A stretch of DNA of 61,604 nt, the filler included, from Choristocarpus tenellus KU-1152 (taxonomy: Eukaryota > Protista > Phaeophyceae): the NCBI GenBank assembly GCA_964200185.2. It is 10 parts of 10 records of this genome, joined end to end, with 100 filler letters (N's around TTAATTAATTAA, not from the genome) between each part and the next. Parts side by side here need not be neighbours in the genome. Positions count along the whole stretch, not along the records: positions 1 to 5,319 come from CAXNAD020011173.1; positions 5,420 to 9,769 come from CAXNAD020014979.1; 8 more parts are not named here. One strand, given 5' to 3'. Below, in pieces: positions 1 to 9,869 of the stretch. The notes beneath the pieces are model-generated. The model was not told the origin of the DNA. It did no database searches and saw only the letters and a list, made by a program, of their open reading frames with translations. The number at the start of each line of letters is the position of its first letter. Within the stretch, counting starts at the first letter, position 1. Both the position numbers and the translations under genes were made by a program.

Positions 1-52
1 CATTGGCCCCAAATGGACAGCCGCCACCCCCCCCCCCCAGATACTTTGAGCC
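1..52. mobile_element. Terminal part of a family-B (G-run) MITE, inserted in a copia RNase H
   Basis: CCAAATGGACAGCCGCCA-C-run-AGATACTTTGAGCC matches the MITE ends at 5023-5199 and 5420-5461. Confidence 0.8.
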
Positions 53-213
53 ATATAGATATTAGATATAGTTACATTATAAACTTGGTGAAGGAGAGGA
101 AGGCGCAGTTTGTGTATGTAATCTCCGGTGAACAACATAGAAATTTGTTCTCGAAGGCTTTGAGTGGTAGTGTGTTTAGATTCCACACTAGAACTATCAT
201 GCACTGTGAGTAA
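52..213 (+). pseudogene. Ty1/copia RNase H C-terminus
   Basis: HIDIRYSYIINLVKE...EQHRNLFSKAL matches the copia KHIDIRYHFIRE...QLADILTKAL motif; followed by purine tracts (GGGGTAG, GGGGAG-TGT). Confidence 0.85.
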
Positions 214-1499
214 GGGGTAGTGTGCATATTGAGTTTATTGGATTCATGATGCATGGACAGAGCAGGGGAGTGTGTCAAGATTTTGCTTGTCCATGTGTGG
301 GAATAAGATTCGAAGTGTGCAGATTGAGTTGATTTCAAGCTGGGATTGACTGTTGGACTGATTTGATTCTTACTGCATATTCAGAGCAGGGGAGTGTGTC
401 AAGATTATGCTTGATCATTGGTGAGGATATGATTTGAAGTAATATTTGATGTACGCACAGACGATAATCCGAGACATTCCGGATAGTTAGGCGGGGTATT
501 TGACCAGAAGGAATCGGCGGAATGTTAGAGTTAGAGTGTCTCTGACATGTACTAGAGAACTGTTGTCGTTTGGTATTCTGAGTAATTTACTGTAAGGTTT
601 GGTGAGCCCCATCCAGAGATAGTATCTCACTCTCTTCTCAACTGTGATACAAACTAATGAACAATAATATAACTGGTTGTGTGGGACAACAGATCGTCAA
701 GGACAGCTTAACGTACATATTATTTTCTTTTATAAGGGGGGTTATTTTTATATATTTCTATTGCCTCTCATATTTTGTAATTGTGTGGAGGAAAAACCAA
801 AAGCAAAACGGAATCGTAAGGGTTTGTGAATAGTATTTTTATTTGTTCACTAATAGGATGGATTTTCTCCACTCATCTACCTACTGTTGGCTATTTCTTC
901 TGCACTATAACCAAACACATTAATCTTTGCCTCCCTTGTTTTGTTATTGTGTGTTCGGTTCAGCAATCTCACCACTTGTCGCTCTGACTAATATCTCTCG
1001 CTTCTGGAGTGTACTCCAAAAATTGACTTCAATGGACCACATGACAAGTGCGTTGGGAAGGTATACCTACCTATTGCTACCATACAACATATTATCCTAA
1101 ACCAAAAAAAGAAACTCACTAAAAGACATGGAGCATGATAATGAATAGTTAGTGAGAGTGGATGTAGTACGGATCACTAGATTCGAAGGAGGAGATGGAG
1201 CAACGAGTGGTGGAAGGTCCGAACTCACAGTGTGATTAAAAATCAAGGGAGGAACGGGCAGTGCAACTAGTTGTAGGAAAACAGGTAACTCGTAGTGTAG
1301 AAATATTGGAGTGTGTGTTATCTGATGACAAATCAAGAACGCTTATACGGAGGATGGAGATGGTAGAGAAGTTTCAGACTAAAAGTGAGAAAATAATAAT
1401 CTATTGATGATCTTTGGGAATATACATTATATGAGATTTTGATTAATAGTGTAATATTCGGTATTTAATAACTTTATTAATCATAGAGTAGCATCGACC

Positions 1500-2764
1500 A
1501 AACGAGTTTTGAAGTTTGTGTTTCGTACTTCAATACTAGAAAATATCAAGTATATTTGATGTATTAGACCGTGTTGTTCTAGTTGTTCTAGTTGTTCTAG
1601 TTGTTCTTGTTCTTCCTGTTGATGTTCCTATTCTTGTTCTCCTTATTCTCCCTCTTGTAAAACAAGTGGCCTATTCGCTACTCTGTTTCCTCCTAGCGTA
1701 GGTATGGAATCTGATTTTTTTTAAATCCGAAATCGAAGAGAAATTTATTTGACCGTTCACCACAACTTTTTTAATGAATCGGACGGAGTAGGGAGGGAGG
1801 TTGTTTGGATTGTTAGGGTTAGTGTTAGGCTCAGACTTGCAGTGGAAGTTTGGGACTAGGGTTAGGGTTAGATTTAGGGCTAAGAATCGCCGTCTCAATA
1901 GTCTGTCGTGAAGGTTCGTCAGTCTCACACCTCTCCTCCAAGACCCCAAATCGGTTGCTAGAGGAGGGTACCGTATTGCGGGGTGGGACTTTGTCGTTGA
2001 ACCCCTGCCGACCCGTCTTGTCCAAGCGAGACTCCTAGGACACCATCAACCAAATTGGTTGATGGAATATCGGTACTTCCCCCAGATGCCCAGCTTGTAA
2101 TTTGTTCTGCTCGCTTGGGCCAATGGTCTTCCCTTTACCTTTGTTGCTCTTGTCTCGTTTCATTTTTTCTTTAGTTACCTCTTTACTGGGTAGATCCATC
2201 CCTTACACTGTCGGCATGGGTACCACTGTCGTGAGGCAGAGTCCAATAAGTTGTGGCGGGTGTTCAGAATCACCAGTTGTGTCATGGTGGGGTGCTTTCA
2301 GCAAACCCAAGCTTTCTCAACCATCAAATCTTCGGAGATTTTTTTCGAAAGCAATTTCGGATCCCATGGGTGACACCACATACTTGTGACTGTGAACGGC
2401 AAGCAGTCTGAGAATTCTGAAGGCTTCGCTCTCTTTAGAGTGTTTACGCGAAAAGAAATTCTCTATCGGAAAGTTTTATCTATCGCCCCATGTTCTTCCG
2501 GTAGTGTTTTACATTACCAACCAAATATGATGAAATTTATCATTTCTAGTTGGAAACAATAGTGAAAAGCATTATGGGCTCGGTAAGACCCTCGGGGCAA
2601 CACTCTAAGGTTTGATGATCTCATAGGAATTACCCAATCGAAGCAACCAATTCACATTTGTTTTAGGCAACCAAAATGCTACTGCACACGAGGAGGACGT
2701 ATCAAGCTAAACTTCACTACCACACTAGGAGGTTGTCAACAGGGTACTACTGGCAACCCTCACA
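1500..2764 (-). mobile_element. Putative 5' end of a gypsy-like LTR retrotransposon: LTR ~2764-2385, tRNA-Leu-type PBS 2378-2361, decayed gag-like region
   Basis: On the minus strand TGTGA...TCACA bounds ~380 bp; then TGGTGTCACCCATGGGATCCGAA, resembling the complement of a tRNA-Leu 3' end; then stop-interrupted ORFs. Confidence 0.45.
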
Positions 2765-3414
2765 CCGATGCTTCAACTTGTTTTAACCCAGAACTCCTCA
2801 CCCGCTGTCTGTGCTGCCGTAAACAAACAACCTGCTTCGGTTCCTGCGAAACACGGACCTCGTTCATTCCAAAAGGCAATTCATAAAAAGCCGTTCAACC
2901 AGTCACATCCGTTCCCAGCCTGTGCTTCGATCCCCACTTGCTTTAGCCACAGACAGGGCGAGCGATAGAAGTCGACACCATTCGGACAAAGATCTACCTT
3001 CATCGCTCAATCCACTGAGGAATGTCCAGGGATGGATCTAAATAGACGGAAGCTAACACGGCCTTCCGCAGACTGCTCTTTCGTCACGGGGCGCCCACTA
3101 ACCATGCTGAAGATGGTTTGAATTTGGTCGTCAACTTCGGGTGGCGTTTCTTGTTTTTGCATTTTTTCTTTTTGATAGTGAATTTTATTTTGCACAAACA
3201 CTCTTTTGATGTAGATGGGAACATACAAATCACAAACAAATGAGTGCGCAATATAATTGTGTGTGCGCACGGATGTGGATTGGAGTGAGATCAGGTCCTA
3301 ACAGGATCTGTCTGTTCACAAGTACATCTGATTGGTTTTGCTCACGAATTCTGGATTATTATTATTATTTTTATTCCTTGTTTGCAATTCACTCATTCCC
3401 CTTTCCTTCCACAT

Positions 3415-3705
3415 TTACCCCCACTTATGGCCAGCCCAGTGTGACCTCTTCGCCACTGGTTTCTTTGTTACCACCCACCTCTAATGACCAACCAGTACGA
3501 ACCCCCTTCGTCACTGATTCCCAGTCACTCCCCACATTTGATGACCAATCAGTGCTAACCCCCTTCGCCACTGATTTCCAGTCCCCCCCCACATGTGATG
3601 ACCAACCAGTGCGACCCCTTCGTCACTGATTCCCAGTCACTCACCCACATCTGATGACCAACCAGTGCGACCCCTTCGCCACTGATTTCAAGTCACCTCT
3701 CCCAC
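3415..3705 (+). repeat. ~57-bp minisatellite, about 5 copies (reads as PTxDDQPVRTPFxTDxQSx)
   Basis: Recurring GATGACCAACCAGTGCGACCCCTTCG(T/C)CACTGATT unit. Confidence 0.85.
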
Positions 3706-3789
3706 CCTTCAACCCCACACAAGTTACCACTCCACTCACCCCACACCACTCAACATCACTCCACAATCTTGTTGTCCACTTCATAAATC

Positions 3790-4170
3790 CAGTCCAGAGA
3801 AAGCATTGCTAGATCCCCTCTGGTTTGCTTCTCTAGAAATTACGGTGGCATATATTTCTCAATTTGAAGGAGAATGGTCAAGTAGACTTGCATAGTTTAC
3901 ACATGTACACCAGATAGGAGTTTCCATGGTCAAGTATTTACATCATCCGTCATTATAACCTCACCATGGTTAAGAGAGATCGCACTCCAATTCATACCAT
4001 TAAGAAGGCAAATGTTATTTGCTTGTAGCCTATTGATTTATTTCACTACCAATGATTGTAGGTGTTTACTTCTTGGTTCATTATTTTGCCCTACTAGAAA
4101 ATGTAGATTCACTGCACCATCATGTATCCCTGCAATACCATTATTGTTGAGAGAGATGTACATCAAATGA
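3790..4170 (+). pseudogene. Highly degenerate copia reverse transcriptase N-terminal relic
   Basis: KALLDPLWFAS resembles the copia EALxxPxWxxAM motif; the Pro-rich repeat upstream fits an integrase-RT linker. Confidence 0.3.
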
Positions 4171-4245
4171 AAGTGCACTTTTCCTGGTTTTGATCCAAAT
4201 GGACACTCTGGTGTAGACCCCGCCCGCCCCCAGATACTTTGGGTC
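4170..4245. mobile_element. Truncated family-B MITE end
   Basis: CCAAATGGACACTCTGGTGTAGACCCC...AGATACTTTGGGTC matches 5140-5199. Confidence 0.75.
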
Positions 4246-4372
4246 GAATCGAGACCATAAGCTTCTTATATTATTAGCATTGCATATCTACATCAAGCTA
4301 TTCATTGTCCTTCATCAAGGCATGAAGCTGCGGGTCCAGTGTGGAATATTTCAACAGAAACTAGGAGTACAA

Positions 4373-5018
4373 CGTTAAAACATAGGCTACTAATTTGTTT
4401 CTTCTTGATATGATACAGAAACTGCCAGCTTGTACTGACTGTTGATTGGTGCACTGCACTTGTTGTTAGTGTTCGTTTATTTATTGCGCATCCTAACTCA
4501 TCATCACATCGATGACAGTAGATAGAAGTGTAGCATCAGTTGATATTCAGTTGATATACATCACACACAAGAGCATCATAGCACGCGTCATCCAAGTTAC
4601 TTCGGGACTTGTTCCAAGCCAATTCCACTGTTACCTTCTATATTTTTCTCTTTGTTGTTGTCTGTCACCTCTGTTCTTTTTTTTTCAGGACAAGACCCCA
4701 GATGCAAGTTAATTGTTGGTTATTATTTTTAATTGGTTGTCAGTGCCCCCTCTGAGCGCCTTAAGCTCACTCTGCAACAGTGCCCCTGATACACACTTGG
4801 ATGTAATACATACAGAGTTAAAACCATCTATGGAAACCCTTGCCAGTCAAGGTAGCAAGCCTCTCCACAGAAGCATGGGGTTCTTTCGTTGAGTATCTCA
4901 TGAAATAACACTGTATTCACATCACATCATTCTTGACTGAGAGATCAATTACTTCAGTTGCAACAGAATAAGTACATCAGTGCTTTGCAGCACAACCACA
5001 TCTACTCATACCACAGAC
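4373..5018. mobile_element. Diverged, partly deleted copy of the ~860-bp LTR family
   Basis: Colinear similarity to 26789-27643 (GTTAAAA-ATAGGCTAC..., CAGAGTTAAAACCATC..GGAAACCCTT). Confidence 0.75.
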
Positions 5019-5022
5019 TACA

Positions 5023-5199
5023 GCCTCAGAATGTCTGGGGGGGGTGGCGGCTGTCCATTTGGGGCCAGCTTTTTCCATGTCGCGATTTTTGGGTGATTTG
5101 GTTGCATACGTCGAATGGATAATGTAAATGTACTTTTCCTGGTTATGACCCAAATGGCCACCCTGGTGTAGACCCCCCCCCCCCCAGTTACTTTGGGTC
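5023..5199. mobile_element. Complete family-B MITE (177 bp)
   Basis: Imperfect TIRs GCCTCAGAATGTCT-Gn and Cn-AGTTACTTTGGGTC; inner GTCCATTTGGG/CCCAAATGG boxes; flanks TACA/TACG. Confidence 0.8.
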
Positions 5200-5238
5200 T
5201 ACGTATTTTACTCATCGGTGCTTTACAACATCATGATT

Positions 5239-5319
5239 GGGTCAAAGTATCTTGGGGGGGATGTCGGCGTCCGTTTTTCACCCTTTTTTTTATTTTCACT
5301 TTTTTGGTGTGATTTGGTC
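5239..5319. mobile_element. Left end of a related MITE running into the gap
   Basis: GGGTCAAAGTATCTTGGGGGGG terminal box. Confidence 0.7.
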
Positions 5320-5419
5320 NNNNNNNNNNNNNNNNNNNNNNNNNNNNNNNNNNNNNNNNNNNNTTAATTAATTAANNNNNNNNNNNNNNNNNNNNNNNNN
5401 NNNNNNNNNNNNNNNNNNN
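5320..5419. other. Artificial 100-bp contig spacer (also 9770-9869, 18782-18881, 25689-25788, 28945-29044, 32796-32895, 36057-36156, 41258-41357, 48027-48126)
   Basis: Identical N44-TTAATTAATTAA-N44 linker with stops in all six frames. Confidence 0.98.
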
Positions 5420-5461
5420 CCCAAATGGACAGCCGCCACCCCCTCCCAGATACTTTGAGCC
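5420..5461. mobile_element. Family-B MITE end at contig start
   Basis: CCCAAATGGACAGCCGCCACCCCCTCCCAGATACTTTGAGCC. Confidence 0.8.
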
Positions 5462-5790
5462 AAAGAGTTAATCGAGCACATCATAGAAGCACGGAAGATG
5501 CTTGAGGACAACAATATATTATATATGATGTAACAGTGTCCCTCCTAATATTCCCTTGTGTGCTCTATTATTTACGAAGTGGAGCTCCAGAATGCAGTGC
5601 AAGCCCGCGGCACCTTCAAACCCACCACCCCTGAACTGGTGGAAGCGAAATGAATAATGCCGAATGACAGAGTGCAAGTACGATGTTATCTAATTTTGTT
5701 GGAACCGCTTTGGTACAGGGAGGTGTATGATCGTCCAGTACTCCAAGGTTGAGAAAAGGCAGCCCAGAGGGTGCAAGTGGAAGCAGTACT

Positions 5791-6048
5791 GAGCCAAAGT
5801 ATCTTAGAGGGTAGAGCCGCATCAATTTGGGTGGGTACAATTCAATGTTGTGATTTTGATGTAGTTCTGGCTATCGTGTTTGTTAGGAAGTGTCCACATC
5901 CTTGTTCCGGATACACCTTTTCATAACATACATTTTACCTACTTGAAATGTTTTGGAGTAGGAAAATGTCATTAAAAAAAACATGGGAAGCCAAGCCCCA
6001 AAATGGACAAACAGGGCAAGACTCGTACCCTCTAAGATACTTTCACTC
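5791..6048 (+). mobile_element. Family-A MITE (Sola2-like, 258 bp)
   Basis: TIRs GAGCCAAAGTATCTTAGAGGGTA and TACCCTCTAAGATACTTTCACTC; flanks ACT/ACT; nine copies in the window. Confidence 0.92.
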
Positions 6049-6102
6049 ACTTGGTTACATCTCTGGACTTTGCGTTCACAAAAGACTCCTGCTGTGTCAC
6101 AG

Positions 6103-6555
6103 CTAGACCCTGCTCAGTCTTCTCCCACAGATAGTGGAGGGTTGGCTCCAGCACAAGGGGATAGGAGCAAAAGGAGAAGAACACAAGTGGATGTATATGA
6201 GAATAGTGTGGTGGATGGTGGTGATGTGGCTGGGGTGGAGGAGGGAGGGAGAACTGAGGCCATTGCTGTGGATCAGGGATCACACCAGGGAGTAGGGACA
6301 GGAGAGGATGGTGTTGGAGCAGGAAAGGCTGTTCCCATAGATGGGGAGAAAGGTAGGGATGCTGACCCAATCAAAGGAGTGAAAGATGAGGAAGAGGAAA
6401 CCCCACTTCCTACGTTGGTGCTTGCTCTTTATAATGGCAAGGTCAGTAAGCGTAAGGGGAGATGGAGGGTGAACCTCCAGGCGGGGGTGATTGAAAACAA
6501 AGGGCGACATTTGTTGTTTGACAAGTGCCGTTGCGACCTGAAGACTACTGTCTGA
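6103..6555 (+). CDS. GTF2A1: Last exon of a TFIIA large (alpha/beta) subunit-like gene
   Basis: Acidic linker then TLVLALYNGKVSKRKGRWRVNLQAGVIENKGRHLLFDKCRCDL, aligning with the TFIIA-beta motif VVCQYDKIHRSKNKWKFHLKDGIMNLNGRDYIFSKAIGD; acceptor CACAG at 6098-6102; upstream exons not identified. Confidence 0.62.
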   Translation, partial: LDPAQSSPTDSGGLAPAQGDRSKRRRTQVDVYENSVVDGGDVAGVEEGGRTEAIAVDQGSHQGVGTGEDGVGAGKAVPIDGEKGRDADPIKGVKDEEEETPLPTLVLALYNGKVSKRKGRWRVNLQAGVIENKGRHLLFDKCRCDLKTTV

Positions 6556-6859
6556 GCCCCTGAAACCATAGAGCACAGGGACTAAAGCCTGGTGATGAAA
6601 AGAAGATTATTTCAAGGCATATATGTTTTACATATGACCTGATTTTTCAAGAGGTAGATATCACCGTAGTGAAAAAAAAGAGTGTCTGTACTGCCCACAT
6701 ATTGGAGCTGAAGTAGTTATGAGAGACAAATGGATGCCTCCACCCTGGTTCTGGCCATAGCAGGTGCGCTTCACTTTTAACTATTTCAAGCATTTCCTTG
6801 ATCTCACCAGAGACAGGTTGTGGGGAGAGAGGAGGGTTAACTGTCACCCATTTTTTTTT

Positions 6860-9600
6860 TCTTTTAGTTCCTCACGCATATATGTCCAAACCTCAGAAAC
6901 ACGATATCTCTCAGTTGTTTTCTGCTGGTGCAATCACTGCAGGCTGCATGTGAAGGATGATATATTGCTGCTGCAGCCGCTGGCTTCAGGGAAAGGAGGA
7001 AAGGAGATATGGGAACGATGTAGATGCTGCTTTTATAGTAAATATGTCCACTATCATCACTTAACACCTCTGTGAGATGGAATAGATTGATTTGTTGCTT
7101 CCTCTATGTTAAATGTTGGCGGCTATATGGTAGTGACTCCCTCTACTATCGATCAATCGATTGATTATTTCACTTTAGTTCGATGCATGATGGAGTGATA
7201 TTCAAGCATTTGGTAGATATTGTGGAACAATAGCAACATAGGACATTCTGGGACCGCTGTCAGAAAAGCAGTTGAAAAAGAAAGCAAATTCGTATGACAA
7301 TTCAAGTCAAAGTATAGAGATACAAAATTAACAATAGTGCGGAAAGAAAAGAGCAACAAACTAGAGAGATGAAGAAATCCCCCTAAAGAGGTATTGGATC
7401 ATCCTCTCTCTCATAGTACATCATCCTACTTATCGTCCTGAACTTCAAGATAGTGACAGGTGGCATGGAACGCAAATCATGCATTTTTTCATGAGAACTA
7501 CCATCTGGTGAGGTGTCTCAGAGCGTTCAGATCTCTGTCGAGACCAGGACGTTTCACCAGGTAAAGTGATTGCCAAGGGAATAGTCCAGTCAGACCGTTC
7601 CAATATTGTCTGACACATCCCGACCAGGTCCACCATTTATTGGAACTGGTTCCGAGGTTGGACAGGTTTCAAAATTCACACACACACACACACCGCGCCG
7701 ATACACCATGTAGAGGGAAGAAGTTTTGCATAGAAGTAGAGAGGAAATCTTCACTGATGGTATACCGGGGGCACACTGCATATTTCAACTCTAATGATAT
7801 AATACTGCATAAATCAAAATATGCACGGCGATTCCAGTAGAAGCAGATACGTCACACAAACACACACGAAAACTCCACACCCATTCAGTATACGGAGATC
7901 ATCACTATGAATTTGTTTGTTAGCTGAGAAGTAACCCATGGTTATTATTCAACTTAATATGTAGCACTCATTACCTCTACAGGATGTATAGCTCCAGTCC
8001 AAAAGTCTATAGATGACGATGATGCACGTACAGGACTCCTGAAGCACAAGTCGTCAAATATGCTTGATCTCTCACTTGGATTATTTCCTTCATAAGTATC
8101 ATCAATATTATAATATAAAAAGGAATTGACAACGATGTATCACCTAAGGGCATGATAATAACTAAGAAATAAATAATCAAGAAGTACAAATGTATCAAAT
8201 CTAGGACTTCAAGGTCATGATAGTGTTTATGAAACCGCCACCAAGACATATCGCCTGTAACATACTATATTCCACTCCTCCGTGTACTCAATAGTGCACT
8301 CATAATTGATATCCTGGTAAAGCACGCTCCAGAAGGAGCTATGCAGTTGCTTGTACCACTTGAGGCACTATTCTTTGGCAAAATGTAGCCTTTTGTAATT
8401 CCAATAGCCCCTTGGTCACTTTGTAGAGCTTATAGCTTACCACGACAACTTACATTTGTGGCTCAATGTATTGATAGTGCTCTGAGACAAATGAGCAATC
8501 GCTCTCTCTCTCTCTCTCTGTCTTCGCTCTATGTAGTATGGTAGTTCTCTACAATGCGCAGCGTAGCATGCTACGTAGTTACGTTTTAGTGCGACAAAGC
8601 CGAGTGTAGATCAGGGCGAGATCCTACTCAGTATTAATTCACTTACACCATCGTCTTTGGGCAAATATGGACAGGTTACAAGACAAGTAGTGGACATACG
8701 AGCCACGAACCATGTTTCAAAACGTGGTGGCAATGTGGGGAGGAAATGCTTAAGGTAGGCTTAGGCGTACAAACGCGTATGGACACCCACCTCAAGGCGA
8801 TAAGTGCGGTATGACTTGAATGCCAAGATTTCAAAATGTATACATTGTTGTCCATGGCATGCAATATAACACATGTATTAGGCGACTTGTATGAAGCAAT
8901 ATGTCGTGTGTTTTACTATCGCTACGTTCCTGCCTACAGTATAATAGCACTTCTTTCACAAAGACGGTCTTCAACTCAGGACATATTCGGGACGGGTTGA
9001 TGCGCTCATAGATGATGTGGCTAACAAGAGTATCTTGTCAGAGGGTGACTTTGTTGCGGAGTGAACTACTACATTTGGTCCAACTGGACCGAACAAAAAA
9101 CTTTCAACTACAAAGAAGTGGCGGCTATTGGCCTGTATCATTATCATGGTTGGTGGCCTAAGAAGGGGGAATCGAGAATTTTTGTGAGCGTGCTGGTTTG
9201 ACACAGTTGTCAGGTACACTATCCAAAATGTGGAGCGCGCCTTAGCAATAGAGGAGATTTGGTCTTTACCTTTGATTTGTAAAGTCAAGAAGTATTTAGC
9301 ACCCATCTCACATCTGCCTACCAAACATAGCCATCCAATATTTCGAAGCATAAACTTTCGTTGTGTTTAAATTATTGTGTGGGCTGGAGATAACATACGA
9401 TTGGAGCAGAAGGCAATGTCCACATAAGCTCGTTTGGAGGGATCTACAGACCATGGTTTCATAGCCAACCAGCATATGTGAAGTGTTCTGATATTATTAT
9501 CCAATTTTCGACAGGTGTTGAGTAGAATGTGTAGTACACTTCCTTGGTGGGTGGGACAGGAGACATCCAAGCGAGAAGCCGCTTTTGACATTTCCAATGT
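6860..9600 (-). pseudogene. Very degenerate Sola2-like DDE transposase relic
   Basis: Motif-like remnants in the expected order: MKPWSV (~9460), H..H (~8720), HFAKE*..QLHSSFW resembling DFAENY..QS.HW (~8380), RSDW resembling WSDG (~7590), W*FS-HxK-NA-xD (~7490), TAVP (~7250). Confidence 0.35.
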
Positions 9601-9869
9601 TAATAGAGGATGCATTGATATATCGGTATGTGCTAATCCTGTGACCCTTGTCAAAATATCAACTCCTCAAGATAAGATGGATACGTGAGCCATCCTCAGG
9701 GTGTCCATTTGGACCAAAATCAGCAAATGTGCATTTACAGTATCCATCTGACATATGCAACCAAATCACNNNNNNNNNNNNNNNNNNNNNNNNNNNNNNN
9801 NNNNNNNNNNNNNTTAATTAATTAANNNNNNNNNNNNNNNNNNNNNNNNNNNNNNNNNNNNNNNNNNNN

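Noticed and set aside
3415-3705. CRISPR-like array
   Set aside because: The whole unit repeats with no unique spacers, and there are no cas genes; it is a minisatellite.
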